Under the pieces are notes generated by a model. That model was not told where the DNA came from and searched no databases. It saw only the letters and a list, made by a program, of their open reading frames with translations. From the NCBI GenBank assembly GCA_002633005.1, contig NMRA01000001.1:682917-746916 (forward strand): 64,000 nucleotides of DNA, in the 5' to 3' direction. Of this stretch, positions 25,901 to 40,900 are shown piece after piece. This DNA is from Phoronis australis. Taxonomy: Eukaryota > Animalia > Phoronida. How positions within the stretch are numbered: the first letter of the stretch is position 1; every line of letters starts with the position of its first letter. Made by a program: the position numbers and the translations under genes.

Positions 25901-28900
25901 TGCCAGGTACTGGCTAAATTAACATCTCGTTCACATAGCGGAATGCCACGGCAAATTGTCCTCCACCAAAACCTTTAATCCAACATTCAAATTCGATTAC
26001 GCTTTGATGAATTATCGTGACTAGCAGTTTCCAAATAGTGAAAACAACCACAAAGTTGTCTACCTCCCCTCGTCTCTGCTGTGCCTCCATCGCCATAGCG
26101 ACGACTCTGGGATCAGTGGTCATGCCGTGTTCCTCGCTGTCATCAGTCCGTGAGATCATCTCATCGCAGACAAAATGCACCACATTTGTGGCCAGGTGTT
26201 TGTGCACAGCGCGGTTGTGTATTAGCGTATGCGCTGTCGAGTGTGCCGCTTCGGTCACGTATACAGCATGCTCCCGGCGCCACCGTAGACGACGCAGCGT
26301 CTCCTTGACCGCTTGGAGAGACGTGATCTGGCGAACTGTGAAATGAACAAAAAAAAAACTTTTAAATAAGATATAGCATGTAAGCGCATTATACTGGCAC
26401 GCAAATAAGCAATTTTAATTACAAAAATTACACATGTCAAGACCGGATAAAATGAGAGCCGAGTGTAGAAACTGCTAAAAACACTTTAAAATCCGGTAAA
26501 AAAAATGTTAATTAAAAACTCTAGCTTTCAAGCCTAAATGAAAAAACCCTACCAATCCCATTAGGCTCAAAATCCAGTGTTCTAAGGAATTTGAAGAGGA
26601 TCCAAAACAATAACAAAACTAATTGTCAAAGCATATACCTTCTCCTTTTACCTAATCATGAAAACAGCAGCAAGTTTTCCAGATGGTTTGGAGTATTTGG
26701 TTTATATAAGAGAGTTAACTTGTGTATAAACAGAAACTCAGATCAGACCAAGCTTCATGGTTCCTACAATGCGGCTACAGAGGGCGCTAAACACCCTCAT
26801 TTTGTCACATACTAGACTCGAGACATTTTGACAAAAACAGAACTGGGTGGTCGAAAACATTCGCTTCTGATACGTAAGCGTGAGGTAGTCAAAGAATGGA
26901 TTCAAGACATGTTTAATGGGAAGTCACAATTTGTCACACCTCAATTTTTTCAAAATGTCACAGGGAATTCACAAGTGACAAACTTTCGTTGGTTTTTTTG
27001 TGTGTATGAGTTAATACGACTATAAGTCATGTCGAGTTTGCTTTCGTCAAATATGGGAGACACAATGTTTGTAAGTCAGTGATAAAGACAAATTCCATAA
27101 TTTCACAATTCGTAAAAAAGGAACCACTTCTTCATGACACATAAAATATGTGAAAACCCAACAAACACTAAGCAATTGGATCACAGTCTGTCACAGAATT
27201 CTCAAAATGTCACAGAATTCTAAAAATGTCACAAAATGTCATAGACTTCTCAAAATCCTACTCAAAAAATGTCACCAAATTCTCAAAACGTCACATTCTG
27301 TCACAGAATTCTCAAAATGTCACAAAAAGACACAGACTTCAAGCACATTTTGTCCAACAACGTCACCATAACACAGAGACTTCATTCTCTGGACTGTGAA
27401 CACAAGATGAATCTATCTCGTTCATTATGCCCGTCTGTAGTTAAGAAGAGATACATACCATGAGCTCGAGACAGTTCCTCAGTAGCTGTGTTGTCATCAT
27501 GGAGTCTGTCATCATGGAGTCTGTCATGGGCCTACACAACAACAAGATCTGTATAAGATTCAATTTTCAACTCCAGAAACTTGGGGAAAACTGGCACTGA
27601 ACATTAAAACTGATTTTTATATTAATCATTTAAAATACAGTTACTTTTATTAGGAGTAATCTAATTTATGAATATCATTTTAAACAGTACTTTTCAAATT
27701 AAGAAATCTTCACTTTTTAAATTTCTCGACCAGAGTAAGTTATTATGAACATGAAAGAGCAGATGTTTGAAATCACGTGACCGTATTTACATAAAAATTA
27801 ATTTTGCACGGGAACTCCCACCCCCTCAAAACCACAGACTCAATACATGGAGCTGGAAGTTGAAAATTTTATTTAAACTTATTGTATAGTTAAAACTGAG
27901 ACAGGGAATTAGAAGCCTGATTCGAGGGCACAGCAGTGTGCCGCAGTGAGATCTGACCTCACTGCCTTGAGCAAAACAAGCCAACACTTAACCCCCTAGA
28001 CCACACTGCATCCTTCTATTTGGATACAAACGCGTAATGTGGAACTTTCTGTGAAGGCAGTTTAGGTTTCACACCTTACATAAAATGCTGAGGACTTGCG
28101 TTTTGACAATTGAGTTCTTGGCCCACATAGCCTGCACAGAAAATCACAAAACTGCTCCTGTATCAAGCTAAATATAATTAATATTATTTAACATCTGAGG
28201 TATAAAACAAAAAATAGTGACCTATTTTTAGCAAAAATTGATGCTCTTGAAGTTTCACAAACACCGACAACCCTATGATTTATACACTTTTCATGTAAAC
28301 ATTTTAGATGAGGACAAGTTAGATGACTAGATGACAAAAATCCAAATCAACGCTTTTAAGTATTGTGAATAGTTTGACTGATGATGATTTTCGGACCACT
28401 CAGACTAACACGGTGCCTCCTAGTGGCAAAAGTCATGTGAAGAATTTACAAAAACTAAATCTTCACTACCAACGTTTAACATTTAACATTTTTACATTTA
28501 ACATGGCCTCCATGTGCACACTGTAATCAATGTAGTAGGACAACACACAACTGACTACCACACACCGAGTGTCGATGGCGTACAAAACTGTCTTCCTCCG
28601 ACCCGTCAGAGTCCATGCGGCGGAATGCCATCTCCGGTTGACTAACATATCTTTGTGCTACCGCCGCAAACCAGTCATTAGACCGGCTCTCCGACACCAC
28701 CTGGTGGTCATCAGGAAAAGTAGAGAGCTCCAAGTCATACTCTCCTGTGAACCAAACACCGTGCGTTTATTATACCATCGAATGGGAGCAGTCTCGATTC
28801 ACAACCACTGAAACAACTATTCAGTCAAAAAATATTGAACCTCTAAGAAGGCTGAAAAATTCAGAAAGTTAAAAACTAACTTTAGTACTTTACATTACGC

Positions 28901-31900
28901 AGCTACACAAAAGGCAATCCTTAACGAGTCTCTAACGCATATTTCCTTAATGTAAACACTCAGATGCTTTTCATTTTGCAACAGATATGGATAAGACTAG
29001 ACAGTCAAGAACATTTATCCATGACATTATCAATGAATGCTGGAAACTATCGCAACTGGAATTCTCACCTTGCAGCGCCGGCCTGACCCCTATCAGCAGG
29101 AAGGCACATCTAGTAATTACCGACTTACACAGGAACTCATATGACGGCTGCTGATCACCTGATGAAGTATGTATATATGTGAACACAGGCAGATAAAAAT
29201 AAGATGCACGAATCCAAACAATGATGAAGCAGAATGAAGGTGGGATTGTGCGTATTTTCAGATGTTCTAAACTCCACAGTACACAAAGCAACTATTTCAA
29301 ATCAATTTTGAAATGGTAAACCACGCCAAAAATTCCAGGGATGAAAAACATCAACTGTAAACTCACCTTATGTTAGAGAGGATTATTTCCTTGGACAAAA
29401 AAAACAGAACAAAATGAAACTGGCCATCAAAATAATTCTAACATAATAGCCACATTAGCTATGAGCCCAGAATGTTTTTTTTTTCAATACCATTTACAAG
29501 TAATACTTGATATTTAGCATTGGAAACATCTTTTTGTCATCTAGCATTGCAACATATACAATCACGAAACTCTTCATTACCCAATTGTCAGATTACGTTC
29601 TTCCAATACTCACGTGTCCCCTCCTGTGCTCTCCAGAACAGTCGGTCGATAGAATCTGAATGACCGTCCAGAGCCGGCTCATCCTCACCGGTCGTCGTTC
29701 CCTCATTGGGGTCCGCTCGCTGACCACTGCCCTGTGATGCCTGCCGAGCAGACAGTAGCTTTCTTCTAACTTTGTACACAGCCTTATAGACCTCGACCAG
29801 CCCATGGGTGGGGGAACAGCTACATAAAAGGGGGTTCACAGTTGGTATTTTCAGGACAATATTACTTGCAATACAATTCAAGAACAAACTTTTTAAGTTA
29901 ACTTTGATATCTTCAAATTGAAATCTAAACTGAAAGTTTTCATTTAAGAAATGCCTTTTTTCAACAAGGAAAATGTTCAGCTTAGATTATTTCTAGAGCA
30001 CTTCCAGTTTCCCATAAATTCACCAATCAATGTATGCAGTGACCTTGTATTGTTTGCAATGAGCCAATCAGAGGCTGTGTAACACCTCTAGCTGACTAAG
30101 CTGGATTAGAGACACCTAGTGGTCAGCAATGAGAATAACTCTGGGTGTTTGTTTCAGAAACAGTCCGCGACTTTTAAAAGACTTAGGGCATAAATTTTGT
30201 CTTACGTGCCACACGACTACTTCAAAACAAAATATAATTTAATCCTAATTCACCAATTACTTGTAAGTCACTGAGGACATAATCAAAATTGGTAATGAAT
30301 GACATAATTTGTTAATTAGTGCAAAACTCAGATGCGCAAACACTTACACATCAAAAATTCATTCAGTAAATAGAAACACTGAAGCCTGAAGTCACTTGTT
30401 ATGCTAGAGACCCCAAATTATAGACGGAGAATAGTGTGAATTCTACTCACTTGATCTTGTCACAGGCAACAGGTAACAGGCGACACTGCTTCAAAACACA
30501 GGCAAATAGAAATCTGGACACCACGTCCATCATAGGTATGTCAGTCACGTCACTAGTCTCCCAGTCTGCCGACGAGAACATAAACCGATGGACAAGTGAA
30601 CGTTTTCTGCACGTTTAATGCTTATTTAACACTACTTATTCACAAAAATAACAAAAAATAATTTACTAAAAATTTATCACAGCCACACGCAGCATCATCT
30701 ATGAAAATTATTTTCATTCGCGTTTTTGTAAGTAAAGAATTATTATCACACGTTGCAACACTGCAGACCAAGTGAAAATCATCAATAACTTCAACGAAAG
30801 CTTCATTGACAATAACTTGACCTATTTTAATTTGATGTCAGTGATTCCAGCTTGACCTAATTGGCACTATGCGTGGTTCTAAAAGGCCAAAACATCCGCC
30901 ACCATCCAGCAGTAGCCCCATCTAGTGGTGAAGCATTGAACCTGCCTGGTCCGTAATCTGCTGACAGCTTTGAAGATAAAAATGTTGAGCTCAATCCTCA
31001 GCAATTCCTTATAACGACAGAAACACTTTCACCAAGCCAAAAGTTGATCATTGTCAATGAAAAAACATGACTGTATTTTGCAACTGCAAAAGATCATGAA
31101 CATTTTAGAAGACTCCATTAGCACCACAAAGCTCACTTACCTTTAGAGACTGCGTATTGCTGCATGCTAGCCCAAACTGAGGCTGCAGGCTCCCTGTCCA
31201 CTCCCTGCGCCAACTCCAGCAGAAGAGTTGTCTCCCCTGATGGCCAGATGTCCAACTCTGTGTTGTTCTCTCCTGTGGACATGGCTGTACTGACAATGTC
31301 ACTCAGCGCCTTGTCTGTACATAGGATATAACATGCACCTCAAATTAGCAACAACAAAACAATATTGTTAAGTGATTCTCGGATAACAAGGATATTGGTG
31401 ATGATAACGATGATGGTGGTGATGACATGATGACCGTGGTGACGGTCATGGTGACAATGGTGGTGATGATGGTGATGACGATGATGACTAAGATGAGTGA
31501 TGGTGACACTGATGGGGATGATGATGACGATGAAGATGACGGTGACGATGAAGATGACGAAGATGGTGATGGTGCTAATGATCATGGTGGTGGCAGTGAG
31601 GATGGTCGTGGCGGCAAATGATCTTAACGATCATGACGATAAGGATGTAAAACGCTTGACACTGAGTGATGTAAACACACAATGTCTCACAAAATATTGA
31701 AGAGACAGACATGACCAAACTTCCAGAGAAGCACACCAACCATCTGACAGAGTAATCAGGATCTTTGTGAACACAATGAAATTATACAACAAGGTTATTC
31801 CTTTACCACAACTATAAAGAAACAGAAGGAAAATGCAACGTGTTCTTTTCACAAACTGCACTCACAGTTAAAAGTTAAACGCATTACCCAGTTTGTCTGA

Positions 31901-34900
31901 CGACAACTCCATTCCATTGCTGAAGATGTGAGAGTTGAGCCAACCACTACACTCGCGCTCCTCTGGAGAGGTCGGACTGCCAATCATCATGCCTTCCAAG
32001 CAGCGGCCAATCAGCAGGCTGCAGGCACGCTCAAGGTCGACTAGCCACACCCATAGCATGGCTGGATGGGGCAGTGGCAAGGCAGTAGCGTCGATGGTTT
32101 CAGGAGTGCCTGCAAGGTGGGCAAGAACTGAGCTTTGGCTTACAGGAGTATGACAGAGTTCCCCCAGATTAGTTGCAGTCGTATTCTCCTTTAAAGCTTA
32201 GAGTTTACAACTGTTGCAAACAGCTGATTCGTTTTCACAGTAATTTGCTCTTGATATAAAAACGTTTTTTTTGGACATTTAACTATTTTTGTACATTGCA
32301 TTCCTCTGTGACAATTAAGTTTCAAGGAAACTTCGAAAAAAGGGAACTTCGGATTATTAAAACTGCAGCTATAAAACTGTTGTCAGCGGGTTGTTTTAAA
32401 AGCTTCAGGGTAAGATGCACAAAAATTGTATAATTATATATCAAAATTATGATATTACGTAAACATTACGTGGAGTATTCAAAATTTACATTCAAAACAA
32501 TATGTCAGTGATCAATGAAGGGTTAAGCTGAAATAAATACCCTCTTCCCAGTTACAAATGGTGCCTAGACATTTCAAACTCAGACCCCGAAAGCGAATCA
32601 TTTTGAACTTGAACCAATTCAATCATCAATATCGGACAGACAAGAGGTCCAACCTACAACAATTGCAATTCAAAACATAAGCTATAACAAGAAGTCTTTT
32701 GAAACAAATGGGAAAGAATTCAAAAAAATTTATTTCTGTTCGGAATTTAGAAATAAAACTGTCATCTTAATTAGTTATCCCCCAAAAAATTTAGGACTGA
32801 ATAGATAACAAACAAGTATCCAACTCACCCATCAACGTGCCTTACAGAGAATGGTTAAGTTGCCGAAAATGGTGTTTGGTGAAAGAGTTAACAATGAATC
32901 ATATTTTACAGACAGTGTTGTTTCACATCGGATTCATAACATTTTTCTTGCAAGTTATGATCAGTTCAAAACTTAATTTCAAAAATAGTTAACAAGTCTG
33001 TGCACCAAGAAAGTTTAATTTTCAAGGATTTACCATTAGCAAAATCAATGGTACATTAGAAAATCACAACGAAAAATGGAACTTAGTACAATTGCGACAC
33101 AGGTAAATATTTGTATTATAACTATTAGTTATTAGTTTGTATTAACAATAAATGTTTGAAAAAGTATGTTTTCATAACCTTAGTGTCTATCATATAGTTT
33201 TTTGGATTCAATCCAAATATAATGAGCTTTTTCTAGATTTGGCTTTAATCCGGAATATATATGAAATTGAATATGAAAGGATCTAGAGGAGCATTGAGAA
33301 GAAATTCCGCCACAGATGCAATGACACTTGACCTTTGGGCACCTACATTGATCTTTCTATCATGTGAAATTCGCATTTCATTACCATAAAGTGGCCATTC
33401 CATTTCTTGCTCCTCTAAAATGTTGGCCGCTGGCAGACGGCGGTTGAGATTGTCAAGATGAGGCAGGAGCGACAGCAACTGGGGAAGAATTGGCCGTATC
33501 GTGTGCACAGGTAATAGCAGAAGAGAGTGAATAACCTGGGATAGCATGGCCCCCGCCGGAGATTTGTACAGGGCATCTGCAAAGTATTCATATCTATGAA
33601 AGACCTTCAAAGAATCAGAATACTGCACAAGAACATCTCCATTCCCNAAGTTGTGATTAAAACTATACGCAAAGCTACAACACGCACAACAAATCTTTAA
33701 GTGAAAGCCTGAATAAAAAAATTCCAAGCCTGTCCGTGTGCTGATGATATAATACAATCAAACCATTTTTTGACAGTTGGCATAACAGAGAAACTAACGT
33801 TCATCTATACGGAAGTAGAACGGAACACTCAACTAAGTCCTGAAAAAATTGCCAACTCAGCAAACGACTTGTGCACACTAAGACTTACCTTTCATCTTAT
33901 CCCTGATCTGTGAACTATTTCCATTGGCGTCCAACATCGTGACACACCGTGCCAGTATTCCTCCGCACAGCGGAAACATGAGTGACAGGTGCTTGTGAAT
34001 AAGGCTGATCGCTGGCGCAATCTACAGGTAAAAATGAAACGAGAATAAACATCAAAACAGAAATACACACACGCGACATTATGGTCATGCAGCATAAAAC
34101 CTTCACGTCGACCAATTCCAATAATCGTCCTATCCTGAATTCAACTCTTTCACAGAGGTAGAAAAACACGCAGTATTGCTGTCTAGTTTTTGAAAGGTTA
34201 GGCCACTAAACATTTCAGAGTTGAAGTGGATAAGAAACAGAAATATCATGACGCACTTGACTTTTCTTGTTGAATTCCTTGGTGTCAGCATTTCACATCA
34301 TCAAACTTTATTACCAGCAGACTGTTGAAAGACAAAAGCAAATTTTGTTTGTAAACTAGTAATTAGCACAGGCAGCACTGTACATCTTGCCACGAATATA
34401 CCCCTGAACATGAACAGTGTTTAGGTCTAAGGCTTTGTTTCATTAAAATCAATCACCATATAATGAAATGGGTCAATTCCTCAGTCATGTAAGATGTGAT
34501 TTACTTCTCATCTGTATGAGGAACAAGCTGCAACCAATTTCGCAGCTGCAAACAGTCTAAATCAAAACTTTGTATGTTACTGAAGACATCCAAAAACCTT
34601 CAGCGACAGCCACTTCACTAGTGCAGGTTAGTGAAGTCACAAGAACATCCACACAACACTAGCAAGATCGTGGAATAACTTGCGCAACACTGACCTCGTT
34701 AACACTGGTAACAGCGCCTTTATCTACAGTACGTACCAGACCCTCGTCGGCTGCGTTGATGTGACAAAAGGCCAACAGGTGCTTCTGTAGAGAGGTCAAG
34801 AGGTCATGAAGATGTTCAGGTGGAGCACCACCATCTGTTACGACGCTGGGTTGATCAGAGCTTTTGTCAAGATTCTTTCCAAGATCGTTAAATGTCTGCT

Positions 34901-37900
34901 CCTGAAGAAAATCCAAAGGCATTTGTGAAGGTATCTTCACATCCAAGTAATTTAATAAATAAATGTTGAGACATTTTGGCATCGTCGTTTGATACTTCAT
35001 GTAAACCGCATACTGGTGCCTCAAAGTTAACATATTTACATGGTAATCAAGTGAATCATTTTGACGTGGATTAACAAAAAATACATTATCATTATAGATT
35101 TTCAGTTTAATTCCTTATTTTGATTTCAGAAAAGAGTTCATTATTTTACTAGTCTGTTGATTTGATTAACTGTCTATTCACTATGTACCACACAAGGCAG
35201 GGTTACCACCCAGGGTATTGAAACTGGAAATTCAAAAATGGAAGAAGGCCGTTAAGCCGAGAACAAATGTTGAGAAACAAATCTTTTGAGAACTCAGACA
35301 AGGGCATTTACAAAAATTATAGTCGATGTCGCAAACCACCCAGTAAGGATTTACACTCTTGTCGGACTCGCATGCATGACTGATATAAAAGATAAGTAGG
35401 AGACTACGGGCATTTTGCGTCGCGAGTTCGTCAGGGTGTCACTGGAACTGCTCGTTAATCAAAAATAGAAAAGTTTCTTATATCGGATAAAATTGACGAG
35501 ATGGGCTTTCACGATGCTACTTTCAAGGTAGTCTCGATTTTATAAATTGGGGGAGGAGTTAAGCCAAGCATGGGCATTTAAAAGTAAACATTCAGAAATT
35601 ATGACTACATGCTGAATGTGGGTGTTAACGGACAAGAATGACAGAGCATCAATCAATGAACAAAGCAACAGAAAAAAGGGTCATTGCAGGTTGCCTGAAA
35701 CGCGCATCTACAACACTGTAACAGCTGAAGCTGGCCCGAGAGATGACCTGGCCGACTGCCGTGCCTAAGTACTCAGACTGGAGACTGGTGTAAATGGACT
35801 AATAGACTTGAGAAAATAATGAAGTTCACTTACCGCATAAAATCCGAGATTTCTGAGGACAGTCTTCATGAGAATCTCAGGCAGATGGGTGTCATTCAGT
35901 TGACACCTCGTTGCACTAGGCCCCGCCCCCTCGGAGGTGGAGCCAAGGCCCAAGAGTGCAGCTACATGGCTATTGTCTTGGAGACTCGTCAGGATGATAC
36001 CAAGTTGCATACGCTGATTAAAGAACAGTAAATTTTCTAGTCAGATTTACAAAATTGACCACTAGAGAGCACTGCATGCTTCAAATTTCATGTGACATTT
36101 GGTAATGTCATCTAAGCTAAATTAGCACCAAAGGAATTGATCATCCCTTCATCAAACCATTACACATAGCATTGTAATGTTCAACCACCTTAACAGTGAT
36201 ATAAGCTGAACTGTTTTTACCTCTTTTGGCCACTTCAGTAGTTTAAATTCACCACTTAAAATTTTAAAAGTGCATCACCACAAGAAAATGATGTCGGACA
36301 AACACCTACCTGCCCACGTGTTAGACTGTCCCACATGTCTGGTCCCTGCGGTAGCAGAGAATGAAGCAGTTCCATTCTCTCATGGAGGGGAGGCAGGAGG
36401 AGGGGAGCACCAATGGACAGTGTTTCCTGCACCGCCCGCTGGATGCTGTCCAGCGTGCAGGTGTCCATCAAACGGAACAGCAGGTTTCTCATTGGCCGAG
36501 CCTCGTCGCCGAGGACATTGTTGGCCACGCCCCCTGCTAATGCCAACGACAGGTGTGTTGATAACAGCTGCAGACAAAGCAGGACAAATCTTTGATGATC
36601 TCTGGAAGACAGAGTAAAGAGAATTGTAATAATACCATTTAGTAAAGGAATTGCCGTCCGATACTAAATCCAAAATGCATAACTTGTAAGAGCATATTGC
36701 TAAGGGAGTTGGAGCAATCCTGAAAGCAAAACTGCGCTCTACTAAGAATTTCGTGATTTTACGTGATAACGGTAACGTTTCCTCAAATTCGAACACATAA
36801 TCGAAATTGTAATTATTTCATTGTTAAAGCTCATTTCGTACTCAAAAATGTTCAAAATTTCATAGTGTGGTTGTTGAATATAGTAGCCCTACTTAAAGTT
36901 TTCAAATTTTGTCTTCCTCTTTACTCTTGTTGAAAATTTCTATAAAATAAGATTTTTACCATATTGTATTCTAATTGAAGAAATTTTATTTTACTTATTA
37001 ATTATAATTTTCAAATTCCATAACACTTAGAAGTAATCCATTCAGTATTATTCCCCTGCCCAGCTCTTGTGTCCTTGCATTATTATTGACGACATTTAAG
37101 TAAACCATAAACTGTCCAATGGTACACCAGCGACAAGTTACATTACCTTATAAAACAAATAAAATAATCGTTATGAACAAGTTGGGAAAAGCAAATCAAA
37201 ACGCTCACTCTTTAGTTGGGAACGGTGACACGGGCTGGTCATCATCGAAGCCAGTGCAGTAGCACTCTAGAAATGTGCGTAACAATGAGAACGTGCCTTC
37301 CTGAAGATCGACACAGAACGGCCGGTGCCATGTGACCACTTGCCTGGAGACAGGGGAGAAAACTCTTGAAATGCACACATTCTGCATAAGTTGTAGCAAC
37401 CAGGTCAACATCATATCAAAATTTCAAAATTTTAAACTTCAACTTGTTTCTAGTGTTGAATGGCAAGCAAATACATTACACAGGTGAATACATTCCACTG
37501 TAAAGTCCCAAGTAACATTTAATAACATTCATAATCAATCATCTAATAAATTAAATATGAACTTGCAGCACAACCAATGGTTGGCATTAAATTTTATTGA
37601 AATGTCAAGAGTGATTTGTCAGTTTAACACCCGCAAAAGATAGAGTGGTCAGCTAAGAGATGCCATGGAAACAAGAGGTCAACATGGAGTTGTCATGGAA
37701 ACAATTGGTCATCCTGGAGTTGTCATGGAAACAAGTGATCAGCCTTGCTTTTTTGGTAATCCAATGTTAGCAGGCTAGGTGAGAAACACAATTTCAGTAT
37801 CATTAATCTTCCCTAAAGCTGGTAGCGCCTCGTTGGCGGAAATTGTTGAAGAATTTGAAATTACTGAACAAGGTATCTTGCAACACGAAAAAGATCCAAC

Positions 37901-40900
37901 ATGCACTCAAATGTTCCTCAATACACAGCTGCCGAATTTACATGAAGGATAACTTTGGTTCACTGTTGTTTGACTACAGGAAGAGACAGTCGCACTGAGG
38001 TCTGTCAACTGAGGGTTAATTGTTACTTAGCAACCAGCAGCAACCCATTTTAACACCACATTTACTTTGGAGATTGTAGCCTCACTATCAGTCTGGAAGA
38101 CCTTGTGCGACAGACGTCGTTACTTTATCTCACCTGTCGGTGGGCAGACTGGTCCAGGCTAAACTATGAGACGTGCCCGCCGATATCTGGTTGACCGAGA
38201 CCCCCTGCAGTCCAGTCACTTTACGGGGGGTCACTACAGGGCTGTTGGTGTGACCTAAGCCACACTGGCCCATGGAGTTGCTGCCCCAAGCGTACACCTC
38301 GTTATCTGAAAAGGGATAGGGACAAAGCACAAAATTTTGAAGGTGTTCAACCAAAAGTGTTCTCATGACTTTCGAGGTAGGTAAATTATTAATAATATGT
38401 CCGCAGAATAACTCACACAGCATGGCAACTGGAACTAAAGTTAGAAAGGGGCTTGAGACAAGCACACACATTTAGAAATTATTTTTTGAAAAGCAAGTCG
38501 GTGTTCTCGCAACTGGTTGACACCTCGAGCTAACAGCCTGGGGTTGGAAAGACCGATAACAATAAAGAGGAAATTTTCAACGTGGTAATGTACTCTTCCA
38601 CAAATAGACTTGTGTGATATAAATATTTTTTTTTGTAAAAATTAACTGAAATAAACTAATATGCACGAAAAAAGTCAAAATAATCATCGTAAAAAACAGA
38701 TAAAAAAAAAAAAAAATAAGAGGACATCAAAACCAAAAGATGATAGCCTTTTAAAAGAGGAAAACATTCCAAGCTCTGGAAAATGCAGTGTGCCAGCCAT
38801 TTCCAAGAGTCAATATTAAGAATCTTCAGCTTGGGCCCCCATTTTGAAAGAAATATTTTCGATGAAATCAGTGCAGCCAGAAAGGAAAATAAAAATGTTT
38901 CAACGACAGAACTTGGAGCTGGCAATGATGATAGCCCTGCAGTAACTTAAAGACAGCCTTATCTTCGAACTTCCAGTAAAACTTGAGGACAGCAACGGTA
39001 GAGTTACGTTTCACTAGAGTGACTAAAGATTTACATAAATTACTTCGCAGAAGACCTACCCTGAGTGAGCGCCAGGCAGTGACTGTCGGCACAACTGATC
39101 TCGACGACTCGGCAAGACTTGAACTCTTCAATGGCACGAGGTCGAAGGGCAATGACGTCGGGAGAGCCATGCCCCAAACAGGGCCCAGAACCGAAACTGA
39201 ATACCTGAAAAAAGAGTAGCACGTCAACTGCACATGATTGCAAATGCTAGAATAGAAAACACAGAGGACATATTTATTGATCATCCCAATATACAAGAAA
39301 TTAGACTTTTGGGGGTGTAAGGGTGCTAGCACCGTTCATTTATCATAAAATGAAAAGTCATTCCTCTCTTTGTGCCAAACCTGATCCTCAGACCCTTGTT
39401 TCTGCACTCATGAAAGGGTATATCCTGAACTGGGCATTAAGGAATTTTATTCTATACCCTGTTACCGTGATTTCACGTTTGATCAATATGGCCAAGGTGC
39501 TATTTGCACATATCCTGAGAGACAAACTTTTTCGTCATCTAAAGCAATCCCTCGCTCTGTCACCAAGTGGCTCATGGGGTTCTTAATGGAAGATCTTCAG
39601 TCAGAATCGCTCATTAACTTGCACAAAACATTGACAAGGATTGTCAATAGGGATCTTTGCAAACTTTTCACTAATCCAAAGTGATACGAAAACGGAAAGT
39701 GCCCCACTAAGCATTTTTTGTTTCAAAAAACAAACTTAATATACGATCCAGTAGCATTTCATAGCCGCATAATATGGGGGTTGTTATCCTTAAACTCCCA
39801 ATCTAATTTTTTCATCAGGTCATCAGTCAACATAAACCTGTCTGTTTTTCATGAGGTCATCAATGAATACAAACCTGTCCATTTGAGTTGAGCGCAAGAG
39901 TGTACTGACTCCCACAGGCCACTTTACGTATGCACACGCCCACAAGATCTTCTATCACCTTGGGCTTGTACACACGATTGGTGTCACCATGGCCCAGTTT
40001 ACCTGGATAGAGAAATAGACAAGCTGAAGGAGTATTGAACACATACATCCATTGCATTAAATTACATGGATAGAGAAATAGACAAGCTGAAGGAGTATTG
40101 AACACATACGTCCATTGCATTAAATTACATGGATAGAGAAATAGACAAGCTGAAGGAGTATTGAACACATACATCCATTGCATTAAAGAGAAATAGACAA
40201 GCTGAAGGAGTATTGAACACATACATCCATTGCATTAAAATTACATGGATAGAGAAATAGACAAGCTGAAGGAGTATTCAACACACACATCCATTGCATT
40301 AAATTACATGGAAGTGATTAGCAAAAGTTCATCACACACTCATTACATAACATTACGTAATGAACGTAATTTATCATAAATCATTTTTGTATGATTTCAT
40401 ATCAACCAATTACAAGTCCATATCAATTTTGTGATAAGAAATAAATGTGTGATACTGTGTGACAAGCATTCCATTGATATCATTTTTCATTAAAGGAACA
40501 GCACTTTGGTTTATCATCAATCGTGGTGATCTAATGACTTTTACCACAGAACAGTCTCGTGACAAATGGTCAAAAGAAATTTTCTGTGATGTTATGAATG
40601 ATGATTATGTTGATATCGTACTGATAATCATTTATCGCCAGCCCGATATGAATCATATCAACCAAAATGGAGGTGTATTATCAGTGTTAACTAGGTTTTG
40701 ATGACTGCGCGCAAAATGTTTCAGTCATTTGCTTCAACACGTTAATGCCTCTCCTGAGAAGCAAAATGTACGATTCGTTACTAAAACACTCGCTCGTTGT
40801 CACAAACAGATCCTGAAGTTTGAGGACAATTGGCTTTCCACACTGCCGCTGAATGATCTGTCCATAGGGTTTGTCACACTTACCCAAGTAGCAGACGTTG

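Larger units (their letters stand above)
23579..26018. repeat. Tandem ~1.22 kb duplication (23579-24797 and 24799-26018) joined by a single N
   Basis: Direct comparison; N at 24798. Confidence 0.95.

Noticed and set aside
31340-31700. His-rich, Asp-rich and Met-rich ORFs
   Set aside because: Products of a GAT/GGT microsatellite in an intron
33647-33647. Third N, possibly hiding a missing exon
   Set aside because: Exons 18 and 19 join in phase and in HERC1 sequence order; no flanking duplication seen
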